This document shows, piece by piece, positions 19,371 to 29,959 of a DNA stretch of 64,000 nucleotides. Both the position numbers and the translations under genes were made by a program. The DNA comes from Candidatus Poribacteria bacterium (GTDB lineage: Bacteria > Poribacteria > WGA-4E > WGA-3G), in NCBI GenBank assembly GCA_963663765.2, contig CAXXUA010000013.1, positions 32,001-96,000 of the forward strand, in the 5' to 3' direction. Under the pieces are notes generated by a model. The model searched no databases, was not told the origin of the DNA, and saw nothing but the letters and a program-made list of their open reading frames with translations. Within the stretch, counting starts at the first letter, position 1; the number at the start of each line of letters is the position of its first letter.

Positions 19371-19784
19371 ATGAGCAGAAATGCATTGATAATTGATTTT
19401 GATAGACTGAAACCTATTGACCGAGGCACTGGTGTACGGACCGTCCCTTTAGCAGGTAAGTGGAACAATTCAACTTCACTCACCAACGGAATTACAATGT
19501 TTGAACCCGGTGCAGCAATTGCAAGACACTTCCATAACTGTGATGAATCCGTTACAATCCTTGAGGGGAAAGCACAATGCGAAGTTGACGGTGATGTCTT
19601 CACATTGCACACCTACGACACCACTTATGTTCCAACTGGAATTCCACATCGGTTTTGGAATGAAAGTAATGCACCAATGAAGATCTTGTGGACCTATGCG
19701 TCCGTTGATGTTACTCGCACTTTTACCGACACAGGTGAAACAGTCGCACATTTATCTGCAGGTGATCAAGCGGTTGTCTCCTAA
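19371..19784 (+). CDS. Cupin domain protein
   Basis: RHFHNCDESVTILEG ... VPTGIPHRFWN. Confidence 0.85.
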   Translation: MSRNALIIDFDRLKPIDRGTGVRTVPLAGKWNNSTSLTNGITMFEPGAAIARHFHNCDESVTILEGKAQCEVDGDVFTLHTYDTTYVPTGIPHRFWNESNAPMKILWTYASVDVTRTFTDTGETVAHLSAGDQAVVS

Positions 19785-19802
19785 ACTAAAGGATATATTA
19801 AA

Positions 19803-21041
19803 ATGTCCATACAAGCATATATTAAGGACAAACAAGAATCCTTGTGCCGTCTACTACAAGAACTTGTCAGAATCCCTACCGTTAATCCACCAGGAGAAAA
19901 CTATACAGAGATGGTGGAACTTCTTGAGGAAAAGTGCAAGACAATGGGTATGAAAACAAAGGTGGTAAAGGTACCAAAACGACGTGCTGATCAGGTAATT
20001 TCAAACAGCAAAACTCATCCCCGATTAAACCTCATTGCAAGGTGGGATGTCGGTGCCAAAAGGACAGTCCATTTCAATGCACATTACGATGTTGTACCTA
20101 TTGCAGGTGAATGGCGGTTTGGAGACCCGTTCAGTGCCAAAATTGAAGGTGATTGGCTGTATGGACGCGGTGCCGATGACATGAAGGATAGCATCGCTGC
20201 ACTGCTATTTGCAATCCAAACTATTCAAGAATACAAACTTGAACCTTCCTTTAACATTGAATGCTCGTTTACTTGTGATGAGGAAACAGGAGGACAATTA
20301 GGTGCTGGGTATATTGTCGAAAAGGGATTAGTCAAAGCGGACTACGTTGTCAACTGTGAAGGTGGAACAGAAATGAACATCGGCAACGGACACAACGGTG
20401 TACTCTGGTTAGAAATTGAAGTCCAGGGGAAAGCAGCACACGCTTCTCAACCAGACAAAGGCGTAAATGCTTTTGAGAAGACTGCTGAACTTGTGTTTGC
20501 ACTCCAAAGAATTAAAAGAGATTTAAAATCAAATACACGAGCATTTAAATTACGCGATGGGAATGAACGCTTTCCAACTATGAACATCGGCGGAACGTTC
20601 CATGGAACCGAAGGAGATAAAGTTAATACGGTCCCCGCACATCTCACGTTCTCAATTGACCGAAGAGTTACCCCTAATGAAAAACTGGAATTAGCAGAAC
20701 TTGAACTGCGCGAAGCAATTTTAGGTGCTTGTGATTACTATGAAAATCTTAAAGCAGAAATGAAAACTATCCTACGCATTGAGCCTTGTCTCACAAATAC
20801 AGAGTCCGTGTTAGCAGAAAAATTTGCAGATGCTGTGCGTACTGTACGTTACAACCAACCGAAGTTCAAAAGCACGGCAGGATTCACAGACCTACACTAT
20901 TTTGTAAATGCAGGTATACCGGGAATAGGCTACGGTCCGCGCGGGGAAGGCGGACATGCAATAAATGAACGAGTCTATATTCCCGATCTGGTACGAACTT
21001 GTGCTATATACGCCATTTTTATGACACGCTCGGAATTATAA
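19803..21041 (+). CDS. M20 family metallopeptidase/deacylase (ArgE/DapE-like)
   Basis: HFNAHYDVVP, YGRGADDMK, DEETGG, GKAAHAS, HAINE. Confidence 0.9.
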   Translation: MSIQAYIKDKQESLCRLLQELVRIPTVNPPGENYTEMVELLEEKCKTMGMKTKVVKVPKRRADQVISNSKTHPRLNLIARWDVGAKRTVHFNAHYDVVPIAGEWRFGDPFSAKIEGDWLYGRGADDMKDSIAALLFAIQTIQEYKLEPSFNIECSFTCDEETGGQLGAGYIVEKGLVKADYVVNCEGGTEMNIGNGHNGVLWLEIEVQGKAAHASQPDKGVNAFEKTAELVFALQRIKRDLKSNTRAFKLRDGNERFPTMNIGGTFHGTEGDKVNTVPAHLTFSIDRRVTPNEKLELAELELREAILGACDYYENLKAEMKTILRIEPCLTNTESVLAEKFADAVRTVRYNQPKFKSTAGFTDLHYFVNAGIPGIGYGPRGEGGHAINERVYIPDLVRTCAIYAIFMTRSEL

Positions 21042-21057
21042 TCAAGGAGTTACATCA

Positions 21058-23256
21058 TTGCCTAACCCAAAACCAGCACCTTTGAACGTTATACCTGAAG
21101 ACCCAACAGGAGATACTTGGGCATTACCGGAAGACGCAATTGCACGATTTGGAAAAGGCACACATACTCGTCACGCAAATTTGGGTGATGTTGCCCTTTC
21201 TCCTGATGGTAGACATTTTGTTGCTAGGACCAACATGGGGTTGTGGTGGTATGATGTGTCGTCCATGTTGCCAATCGCCTTGTGGGAAACGGAACGAGGC
21301 TTAATCATGGCGGTTGATTTTTCCCCAAACGGAAAGTGGATTGTTACCGCTAATTGGGATGGCGAAATTAAAATATTAGATGTTGAGAGCGGAGAATGCG
21401 TAGCAAAAGTAAAACACTACATGTATTCATCTGTCCACTGTATTGGATTTTCACCAGACAGTAGGTGGATTGCTACGGACAATCAAAACGGTGAGATTGA
21501 GGTGTTAGATGTTCAACGAGACATGCACGTCACAAAAATGGAATTAGAACCAGCTGATCCTTTTGGGGAACACGATGAAAAAGACGAACTTAAATTTTCA
21601 CCTGACGGGCAATATCTTGCTGTAACAGGAATTCCATTGCGCAGTTCACGACATGAAAAGGGAGTATCTGTTGTTGCTTATGAACTTTCGCAAACTATTA
21701 TCTGGGATCCGAAGACTGGCAAACAAATAGCCAAATTTCCCTGCAGTAAATTTGCATTTTCACCAGACAGTCGTCTGATTGCAGGCGCGAGTTCAGACGG
21801 TAGTAGTGATAAGACATATTGTTCACACCATCACTCCATTTCAGTATGGGAGATAGCAACGGGGAAACGCATCGCATGCTTGCAAGGAAACAAACCTTGG
21901 ATTGATGCTGTTACCTTTTCACCGTGTGGTCAGTTTCTTACGTCATGTGATAGAGGCGGAACATTACGCATGTGGGAACTGGCAACTGGTAAGCTAAATA
22001 AGAATTATATATACTCAGAAAATGTTTCAAAGAATTTGATTGTGAAATTATTGCACTGGATGAGTAAAAAGATTGATTCAAAAAACGCTGGATGGATCAT
22101 GCCTCGGGTTGAACCATTCTATTCGCAGAAAGGCACGTTATACGCTGCCGTTTTACCCCGTAAAACTGATATTATTGAAGTATGGGATGTTGACCGCAAT
22201 GAAAAACTACGCACTTATGAACGGCAAACGGAAAGCATCGGTGCTGTCTGGTTTTCAGAATGTCCACAATTGGCAATAGTCCACACACTTTCTGATAAAG
22301 GAAAGACATCCGTTAAAACGCACACATTTTTGACATTGCGTGAACCTACCTGTTTTCCAGAACCGATAGTATTTTCACCGGATGGAAAGACTTTAGCAAG
22401 TACAGGAGTCTGGAATGGTATTATAATATGGGACGTTGAACGCAAGCAAGCACAGAAAGGATTAATGAAAGATGGACATATTTGTTCTTTCACATTTTTA
22501 GATAACGGTAGTCTGCTTGCGGCTGACAGATTTAATGAAAATTCACTTAAGATATGGAATTTGGGTAAACAATCCAAGTTAATTGCTCGTTTCTCAATCC
22601 GTAGATTAGGAGCTCATGTCGTATTCGCTACAACAGGTGATCGAATTGCAATGCTGCGTATCAAGTCTAACAAAGAACGTAGTGATGAGCAAACACTCTA
22701 TATTTGGAATTTTCAATCTCGCAAAAAGATTGAAGTGGACACAAGACATAAGGATTACATTCCTTGTATGATGTTTTCTAAGGATGGGAGTCGATTGGTT
22801 ACAGGTAGTTGGAATGGAATTGCCCAATTATGGGATGTTAATACTGGTGAAGAAATTGCCACAGCAGAAACCGGTCAAACAATTCGGACAATAACCTATT
22901 CTCAGTGTGGCAGTATAATTGCTGGTGGAATTGAGGGCGAAATTCGTTTGTGGTGTGCTGAAAGATTGAGCCTCATTCGGACGATACCGCAACCTGGGAA
23001 CAACCGACAACCGTATGCACTCGCTTTTTCTTCATGTGGTCGGTATCTTGCCTCTGGGAGTTGGTGGGAGCATGGAATGAAAAAAACAACAATCCGTTTA
23101 TGGAATGTTGAAACCGCCGAAAATATCCATACATTTTGTGGACATAACACAGACGTACAATCCCTTGCATTCTCTCCAAATGGCAAACTTCTGGCAAGTG
23201 GCGGATATGATGGTATTATCCTGTTATGGGATTTAATACCTTTTATAGATATGTAA
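21058..23256 (+). CDS. Cytoplasmic WD40-repeat protein
   Basis: WALPEDAIARFGKG head, repeated FSPDG..A...WD; no signal peptide or dockerin. Confidence 0.85.
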   Translation: MPNPKPAPLNVIPEDPTGDTWALPEDAIARFGKGTHTRHANLGDVALSPDGRHFVARTNMGLWWYDVSSMLPIALWETERGLIMAVDFSPNGKWIVTANWDGEIKILDVESGECVAKVKHYMYSSVHCIGFSPDSRWIATDNQNGEIEVLDVQRDMHVTKMELEPADPFGEHDEKDELKFSPDGQYLAVTGIPLRSSRHEKGVSVVAYELSQTIIWDPKTGKQIAKFPCSKFAFSPDSRLIAGASSDGSSDKTYCSHHHSISVWEIATGKRIACLQGNKPWIDAVTFSPCGQFLTSCDRGGTLRMWELATGKLNKNYIYSENVSKNLIVKLLHWMSKKIDSKNAGWIMPRVEPFYSQKGTLYAAVLPRKTDIIEVWDVDRNEKLRTYERQTESIGAVWFSECPQLAIVHTLSDKGKTSVKTHTFLTLREPTCFPEPIVFSPDGKTLASTGVWNGIIIWDVERKQAQKGLMKDGHICSFTFLDNGSLLAADRFNENSLKIWNLGKQSKLIARFSIRRLGAHVVFATTGDRIAMLRIKSNKERSDEQTLYIWNFQSRKKIEVDTRHKDYIPCMMFSKDGSRLVTGSWNGIAQLWDVNTGEEIATAETGQTIRTITYSQCGSIIAGGIEGEIRLWCAERLSLIRTIPQPGNNRQPYALAFSSCGRYLASGSWWEHGMKKTTIRLWNVETAENIHTFCGHNTDVQSLAFSPNGKLLASGGYDGIILLWDLIPFIDM

Positions 23257-23399
23257 AGAATTTGCTAAGCTTCTATCTGGCGTAATCATGATGCTGTCCA
23301 ATTTATTATGACTACTTATGTTGTATTCTATCCTCAAAACATGCTATCATCTTTATATCACATTTGTGTACATATCCACTGTAGAGGAAACTTATCACT

Positions 23400-24548
23400 A
23401 TGATTGTTAATCGACTTATCGTAAAAAACTGGAGAAATTTTCAGCAAATAAATGTTCCTTTGAGAGAACGAATATTTATCGTAGGTCCAAATGCCTCGGG
23501 TAAATCTAATTTGCTGGACATTTTCCGCTTTCTTCGTGATATTGCTAAAGCGGAAGGTGGAGGAATCCAGAAAGCAGTTAAAGATCGCGGTGGTGTTTCC
23601 AAAATTCGGTGTTTAGCAGCCCAACGTGACCCCAAAGTTGAGATTGAGATCCACATTGCTGATACACCAGATGCACCCGCAACATGGCGATATAGCATTG
23701 GATTCCATCAAGAGAAATATCAAGAAGGTCCCGCTTATCTCACCTATGAACGAGTTTGGCGAGAAGGAGAATTACTGCTAAATAGACCGGATTCGGAGGA
23801 TAACGAAGACCCAGACCGTCTTATCCAAACAGCCCTTGAACAGAACGCTGCCAATGCAAAGTTCCGGGAAATCGGAAAATTCCTTAGAAATGTTAAATAT
23901 CTTCATTTAGTACCGCAATTTATCCGCTATTCGGATGTAATTCAAGGCAAGATAATTGAAGATGATCCATTTGGACAAGGATTTCTTCAAAGAGTAGCAA
24001 GTACACATCACAGCACCCGTCGATCACGTCTTAAAAGGATTGAACGGACGTTGAAACTTGCTATACCGCAGTTTGAGAAATTGGAATTTGTTCGGGATAA
24101 AAACACAGGACACCCACATTTACAAGCACGATATGAACATTGGCATTCAAGTGAAACAACACATCAAGAAGATCAATTCTCTGATGGAATGCTTCGACTT
24201 ATTGGATTGATGTGGTCCCTTCTTGAAAACGACTCTATAATTCTGTTAGAAGAACCTGAACTTTCATTAAACCTTGGAATTGTTGCACAACTTGCCCCTT
24301 TGATATCTAATATGCAAAAGGATAGACGATGTCAAGTGTTAACCAGCACACAAAGTGACACACTCCTTATAGAACCTGGTATTGATGGTTCAGAAGTGAT
24401 TCTGCTTATGACTACAAAAAACGGAACTGAAGTTAAACCTTCCTCTGATTCTGATACGGTGTGTACACTTCTAAAGAATGGCGTTACAGTAGGTGAAATT
24501 GTCATGACAAGATGTCCAAAAGAATCGAGTCTATTAGAATGGCATTAA
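23400..24548 (+). CDS. ABC/AAA_21-type ATPase
   Basis: Walker A GPNASGKSN, signature FSDGMLR, Walker B LLEEPE. Confidence 0.85.
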   Translation: MIVNRLIVKNWRNFQQINVPLRERIFIVGPNASGKSNLLDIFRFLRDIAKAEGGGIQKAVKDRGGVSKIRCLAAQRDPKVEIEIHIADTPDAPATWRYSIGFHQEKYQEGPAYLTYERVWREGELLLNRPDSEDNEDPDRLIQTALEQNAANAKFREIGKFLRNVKYLHLVPQFIRYSDVIQGKIIEDDPFGQGFLQRVASTHHSTRRSRLKRIERTLKLAIPQFEKLEFVRDKNTGHPHLQARYEHWHSSETTHQEDQFSDGMLRLIGLMWSLLENDSIILLEEPELSLNLGIVAQLAPLISNMQKDRRCQVLTSTQSDTLLIEPGIDGSEVILLMTTKNGTEVKPSSDSDTVCTLLKNGVTVGEIVMTRCPKESSLLEWH

Positions 24549-25168
24549 ACAACGTAATTCTTGCAATTGAGGATAGACTCAGTGATGTTGTTGCTACTAA
24601 AATTCTTAATCATTTCGGTGGTGAAATTATACAAAAAGCTGGATATAAGGGTAATTCTTACCTTCAACAGAAAGCACAAAGTTTCAATAAAGGAGCTCGC
24701 AAAGAATGTAGTATCTTTATGTTGACAGATTTAGACTCTCCTCAAGATTGCCCTCCAGGACTCATTCAATCTTGGATTAGAGGTCCACTTAATCCATATT
24801 TCTTGATTCGTGTGGCAGTCATGGAGGTTGAATCTTGGGTGATGGCAGATAGAGTAGGATTTGCTAATTTCCTATCTATACCTATACATCGAATTCCATC
24901 ACCGACAGTCGACATCCTTAACCCTAAAGAATTTTTGGTATCGTTAGCACGAAAGAGTCAAAAGAAAAGAGTACGTCAAGCATTAGTTCCAGGACCAGGT
25001 ACAAACCTTTCTGTTGGACCACAATATAACGAGTATTTAAGTGATTTTATACAAGACCATTGGAATTTAGAACGCGCTGCAACCGTATCTCCATCTCTAA
25101 AACGCACTATAGACCGACTCACACAAGAAATGGTGACAAATGAACAAGAAATTCCAACGCAACATTGA
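24539..25168 (+). CDS. DUF4276-like (TOPRIM-related) partner of the ATPase
   Basis: ILAIED..S, MLTDLD, RVAVMEVESWVMAD, SPSL; overlaps the ATPase stop. Likely start is the ATG at about 24539. Confidence 0.7.
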   Translation: MALNNVILAIEDRLSDVVATKILNHFGGEIIQKAGYKGNSYLQQKAQSFNKGARKECSIFMLTDLDSPQDCPPGLIQSWIRGPLNPYFLIRVAVMEVESWVMADRVGFANFLSIPIHRIPSPTVDILNPKEFLVSLARKSQKKRVRQALVPGPGTNLSVGPQYNEYLSDFIQDHWNLERAATVSPSLKRTIDRLTQEMVTNEQEIPTQH

Positions 25169-25436
25169 AGACTTTACATGCAGCAATTGCGGTCATTTCG
25201 TAAAAGGAAACGGCTATACCAACCACTGTACAGAATGCCTATGGAGTCAACACGTAGATGTCAATCCAGGTGACCGCGCCGAAACTTGTAAAGGTCTAAT
25301 GGAACCTATTGGGTTCGGATTAAAACAAAGTAAATACATTCTTATTCATCATTGCACAAATTGTGGTATAATAAAAAAGAATAAAACATCAGAAGATGAT
25401 AACTTTGATGCAATTCTAAAACTACAAGGAGTATAA
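25140..25436 (+). CDS. RNHCP-domain zinc-binding protein
   Basis: FTCSNCG, YTNHCTECLWSQHVD..PGDR..CKGLMEP, HCTNCG. Confidence 0.85.
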   Translation: MNKKFQRNIEDFTCSNCGHFVKGNGYTNHCTECLWSQHVDVNPGDRAETCKGLMEPIGFGLKQSKYILIHHCTNCGIIKKNKTSEDDNFDAILKLQGV

Positions 25437-25437
25437 G

Positions 25438-26337
25438 ATGGGAACAAAGGGCATAATATCAATCATTTCTATCGTCATTGCTGTTTTCGCTGCCATCGTT
25501 CTGAGTGTGCTGCTATATACAACTTCCGAAGAACTCAAGGAAACACAAACAGAATTGTCTTCAACACAAACAACATTACAGACTACTGAAACAGAAAAAA
25601 CAGCATTAGAAACAAAGTTAACAAAAACTGAGAAGAACCTGAAAGACACACAAACTGAACTTAACCAAACAAAAGAAATCCTGGAAAATGCAAGTGAAGC
25701 TACCAAAAAAATTGCTGCTGAGAGAAACAAATTACAACAAGACAAGAGCAGCCTTGAAACCGAAAAAAACAACCTAAGAACAAAATTGAATGAGATTGAA
25801 GCGGAATTAAAACGTATACGTGATCAATCACAAAAGTCAATCGCATCTATTCAAGAAAGGTTCAAAGATTCGGTCGGGGCAGTACTGGATGAAGCAGGAA
25901 GGCTAACACTTGATGTTAAAGGTAAAATCTTGTTTGAAACAGGGAGTGCAAAACTTAGCAAAGAAGGCAAAGAACTTCTTGACGCAATTGCAGAAGAAGT
26001 TCTATTAAATACAGAATACTCAGAATATGATATACGGATTGAAGGACATACAGACAACAACCCAATCGCCGGGGATGAACTACGCAACTGGGACCTATCC
26101 ACTGACCGATCAATTGCTGCTGTCAAATATCTACAACACAATGCCAAAATTGAACCTGAACGGCTAACTGCAACGGGATATGCATTCTATCAACCTATAG
26201 ATAAAGCAGATACTGAGGAAGCAAAAGCAAAAAATAGACGGATTGAGATTATCCTCGTTCCACCACAAGATTTCTCATCAGAGCTGCTCAAATCACTTCA
26301 AAATGTCATGCAAACAATTGATGCAAACGTGGAGTAA
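25438..26337 (+). CDS. OmpA/MotB-family peptidoglycan-binding membrane protein with a coiled coil
   Basis: TM helix, coiled coil, LFETGSA, IEGHTDN, NWDLSTDRS, KNRRIEI. Confidence 0.9.
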   Translation: MGTKGIISIISIVIAVFAAIVLSVLLYTTSEELKETQTELSSTQTTLQTTETEKTALETKLTKTEKNLKDTQTELNQTKEILENASEATKKIAAERNKLQQDKSSLETEKNNLRTKLNEIEAELKRIRDQSQKSIASIQERFKDSVGAVLDEAGRLTLDVKGKILFETGSAKLSKEGKELLDAIAEEVLLNTEYSEYDIRIEGHTDNNPIAGDELRNWDLSTDRSIAAVKYLQHNAKIEPERLTATGYAFYQPIDKADTEEAKAKNRRIEIILVPPQDFSSELLKSLQNVMQTIDANVE

Positions 26338-26384
26338 AGAGCATTTTTCAAGTATTGCAGAACTATTCAATTGTCACTTACATC

Positions 26385-26500
26385 TCTTGTGGGAGGGGTT
26401 TTCAACCCCGATTTTTTAGTGCATTTCCGCTCAAATCGGGGTTGAAAACCCCTCCCACAAGAGAAAATGCAAACAATATTTTCTTAAATTGACGCTTATG
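26385..26500. mobile_element. Partial IS231-like MITE with a GTGGGAGGGGTTTTCAACCCCG REP pair
   Basis: Matches 42300-42412. The right TIR ttcttaaattgacgcttatg is present; the left TIR is missing. Confidence 0.7.
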
Positions 26501-26669
26501 GTGCGGTTTCCTAACCGCACCTGATTTCAACAGAACAAGATAAATCCTGTTAATTTGGTATTACATCTCTTGTGGGAGGGGTTTGTAACCCCGATAATTT
26601 TGGTAGGAACGACCCGGGGAATGCCATAAGGCATTCATACCGTTGATTAACCGGTCGCTCCTACCAAAA

Positions 26670-27473
26670 TTATTGTACTGATGTCCGCTTTGACTGACCC
26701 GCAAGTTTTGCTGCTTGAAGCGCAAGCCGTTTTGCACTTTCAATCTGACCCATCATCTCAGCATTCGACCACGAGACAGAAGTAAGAAACCGTATTTCTT
26801 CAGATTTGTTCACGGTTTCAACCCCAAGAGCAACACGTAAACCACTATCAGCAATATGCTGCAAACCTGCGTTTACACCGTTACCGTCATATTCCATACT
26901 CAAGACGATTCTTCCTCTTGTAAATGCAGGATCAAATTCAGTACTTATACCAGCAAAAACACCGACAGGACGATCTTCATACGCAAAACGATGATTACCT
27001 ATACCAAAATGACCTGAAATCAAGTGGATTCGGGGGAGATTAAATGTCTTGCTAACACACAGGAAAGCTGACTGAGATTGGTAAGTTTCCCAACTGGTAT
27101 CTAATTTATCACCGAGATTCTCAATACCAATTGCAACATGTGGAATTGCCCCTGATTCTTTTAATAATTGTGCTTTTACATGTGCCAAAGCATAGTTAGT
27201 ATGCTTACTTTCACGTGGCATTAAATTGGATAATCCGAATTCAACGCGGTCATACATGCCAAAGTTGACACGAAATACAATTGAATCATGGCGTAAACCT
27301 GATTCATTCTTAAATGAGGTATACACACCTGCACCAAAAATCCCATGATCTAACACCTTTCCTGATGGTATATCTACAAAACCGGTATCAGTAAATATTT
27401 CAGAAGATACAATATCAGAAACCATGAAGGGCAAAAAAAGCAACAAGGTGACAAGCAATAGGTGTCGAAGCAT
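26670..27473 (-). CDS. YjbH-domain-like outer-membrane protein
   Basis: Signal peptide, TGFVDIPSG, beta-rich body, SMEYDG. Confidence 0.6.
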   Translation of the reverse strand: MLRHLLLVTLLLFLPFMVSDIVSSEIFTDTGFVDIPSGKVLDHGIFGAGVYTSFKNESGLRHDSIVFRVNFGMYDRVEFGLSNLMPRESKHTNYALAHVKAQLLKESGAIPHVAIGIENLGDKLDTSWETYQSQSAFLCVSKTFNLPRIHLISGHFGIGNHRFAYEDRPVGVFAGISTEFDPAFTRGRIVLSMEYDGNGVNAGLQHIADSGLRVALGVETVNKSEEIRFLTSVSWSNAEMMGQIESAKRLALQAAKLAGQSKRTSVQ

Positions 27474-27478
27474 TGCGA

Positions 27479-28159
27479 TTATTCCAAGTAGTGAATACCG
27501 TTTGAAGTTCCAACAAACACTTTGTCTGCAAGCTTAACAAATATACCATTCTCAACGACACCAGGAATATTGTTCAATTGCTGCTCAACTAACTCTGGTC
27601 TCGGTATACCATCAAAGTGACAATCCAATATATAATTACCGTTAACAGTGATCAATGGATTGACAATACCCCCTCGTATATCTGATTCCACACAAATTTT
27701 ATTGACTACACGTTGCGTTGCTTCCCAGCCAAACTTAACAATTTCCACTGGGAGCGCAAAAGAAGTACCAACTATACGTGAAACCTTACTTTCATCAACA
27801 ACAATCAGAATTCGTTCCGATGCATTAGCAATGATCTTTTCTCGAACTAAAGCAGCACCCCCACCTTTAATTAGATTTAAGTGTGGGTCCACTTCATCTG
27901 CTCCGTCAATTGTCAAATCTATCGATGAATATACTGAAAGCGATGACAAAGGGATACCTTGTTCTACTGCGATTTTCTCCGTACCATCCGAGGTAGGAAT
28001 ACCAATTATATTCACCCCGTTTTTCACCATCTGTCCAATCTTTAACAACGCATAGTAGACCGTGGAGCCTGTCCCCAATCCTAATATCATGCCATCTTCT
28101 ATCTCTTCAGTGGCTTTTTCTGCTGCTATTTTTTTCAAGTGTTCTCTGTTCATGCCCAA
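27479..28159 (-). CDS. rpiA: Ribose-5-phosphate isomerase A
   Basis: [27 protein letters not shown]. Confidence 0.95.
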   Translation of the reverse strand: MGMNREHLKKIAAEKATEEIEDGMILGLGTGSTVYYALLKIGQMVKNGVNIIGIPTSDGTEKIAVEQGIPLSSLSVYSSIDLTIDGADEVDPHLNLIKGGGAALVREKIIANASERILIVVDESKVSRIVGTSFALPVEIVKFGWEATQRVVNKICVESDIRGGIVNPLITVNGNYILDCHFDGIPRPELVEQQLNNIPGVVENGIFVKLADKVFVGTSNGIHYLE

Positions 28160-29367
28160 CCTTGACTTTCGCCACCAATACGTTCCTTACTGATCTTCTC
28201 ATAATAACCGCTCTTTCGATATGCAGCCAACGGATGTGGATCACGACCCATCTCCAAACGAACCTCTTCCAATAGCGGATTCACATCGGTTTCATAAGCA
28301 CGTTGGATGATGCTTTCTGCTTCTACCAAGTCTTCTGCTTCCTGTGCTTCTGATAACGCTTCCCGATCAACTAACAGTGCCTTCGCATAAGCTTTCTGTA
28401 GATTACATACAGACTGTATACTCGCTTCAACCTTCGGTTTCAAATTATGACTCTGGTCTATCATATAGGCTATGTCTGTTTCCGTTTCTGGATCAAGCTC
28501 AGCTGCAACAAGTTCTGTATAAATTAGGAAGAGTTCCTGTGGATTGATAGAACCTACCGTCAAGTCATCATCTGCATACTTGCGGCAGTTGAAATGGAAA
28601 CCACCAAGTTTGCTTTCATCAATCAAGTATGCAACGATAAACTCAATATTTGTGCCTTGCGGATGGTGTCCAAGGTCAACAAGTACCTGTGCTTTTGCTC
28701 CAAGTTTCGTTGCCATTAAATAAGCAGTACCCCAATCAGCCAAATCCGTGTGGTAAAATGCTGGTTCAAAGAACTTATACTCAATCAACATGCGTGAGTC
28801 TGCTGGAAGTACATCGTAGACCTCACTCAATGCTTCTGTCATCCACTGTTTGCGTTGCCGAAAGTTGGCTTGACCGGGAAAGTTTGTCCCATCAGCAAAC
28901 CACAAACTTAGCAAATCTGAACCCGTTTTCTTCATTATATCAACACATTCCAACATGTGATCTATAGCAAGTCTCCGCACCTCTGCCCTTGGATTGCACA
29001 CACTACCAAGTTTATAGACCTGATCCTGAAATACGTTAGGATTAATCGCACCAATTCCGATGCCAACATCTGCAGCATACTGCTTCAACGCACCCCAATC
29101 GTCTGTCTTGTCCCAAGGAATGTGTAGCGCTACAGTCGGCGCAACACCAGTAAAACGGTGCACAGTCGCAGCATCCTCTAACCGTTCCGCTGCATTTCTC
29201 GCCGCACCTGCTTGTTCAAAAACACCAAAACGTGTACCAGAATTACCATAACCCCAAGATGGTGTCTCAATATGTTGTTGCTTCAGGTGAGTCTTTACTT
29301 CATCCGCCTGAATTCCCTGTTTTTCTAAGGTTTCTGCTAACAAATTATACGCAGGATTATTACTCAT
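28150..29367 (-). CDS. rhaI: L-rhamnose isomerase (RhaI/actinobacterial type)
   Basis: [47 protein letters not shown]. Confidence 0.88.
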   Translation of the reverse strand: MSNNPAYNLLAETLEKQGIQADEVKTHLKQQHIETPSWGYGNSGTRFGVFEQAGAARNAAERLEDAATVHRFTGVAPTVALHIPWDKTDDWGALKQYAADVGIGIGAINPNVFQDQVYKLGSVCNPRAEVRRLAIDHMLECVDIMKKTGSDLLSLWFADGTNFPGQANFRQRKQWMTEALSEVYDVLPADSRMLIEYKFFEPAFYHTDLADWGTAYLMATKLGAKAQVLVDLGHHPQGTNIEFIVAYLIDESKLGGFHFNCRKYADDDLTVGSINPQELFLIYTELVAAELDPETETDIAYMIDQSHNLKPKVEASIQSVCNLQKAYAKALLVDREALSEAQEAEDLVEAESIIQRAYETDVNPLLEEVRLEMGRDPHPLAAYRKSGYYEKISKERIGGESQGWA

Positions 29368-29747
29368 GTATCTCCTCTCAATCGCTCATGAATTTCTGTG
29401 AATTATAACATAGTAACGATCTATTAGTAAAGTGTTTTTCAGATAATGTCTGTGTAAAGTTCTTAAGCATGGTGTTGTCTGATTCACAGTTGTAACGGAT
29501 TACGCGGATAGAATCTTTGACTAAAGTGATATACTACTCAATAAACATCATATAAGCAATACGATCTATGGTAGATGAATTATCCGCGTTCTCTGTGTAA
29601 TCCGCGTAATCCGCGATTCTGTCTGTGAAAAACGTACACATCCCACTTGATTTTTAATTTGCGTTATTTCTGTTAACTGTGATATAATATATTTATGATA
29701 ATATTTTGAATTCTATTGCTACGAAATTCTTCTATTTGAAATATAAT

Positions 29748-29776
29748 TTGACTTGATTACGTATTTAAGTTAGAAT
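29748..29776 (+). promoter_or_regulatory. Sigma70-type promoter upstream of the cohesin gene
   Basis: TTGACT-N17-TAGAAT. Confidence 0.6.
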
Positions 29777-29959
29777 AAATTTATCCCATAAGTGTATAAA
29801 CACGTTTGAGCGATTCACCTGTGTCGTATTTTCGGTGATACTTAGGCGCGCATGATTCCCGATGGTTTGCGGTGATTTCTTCTCTCAAACGACTATTAAA
29901 ACCTGTACCGAAAGGTAGAGAAAACAATATATTGTAAATGAATTAGTAAGGAGTGTTTT

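Noticed and set aside
29493-29620. acggattacgcggat / atccgcgtaatccgcg short repeats
   Set aside because: A degenerate 9-bp-period dispersed repeat (similar at about 9375-9405); too little evidence for a function.
29895-29925. c-di-GMP-I riboswitch
   Set aside because: Only a GAAA tetraloop hairpin is present; the GGCAAACC and GACGCAAAG consensus elements are missing.
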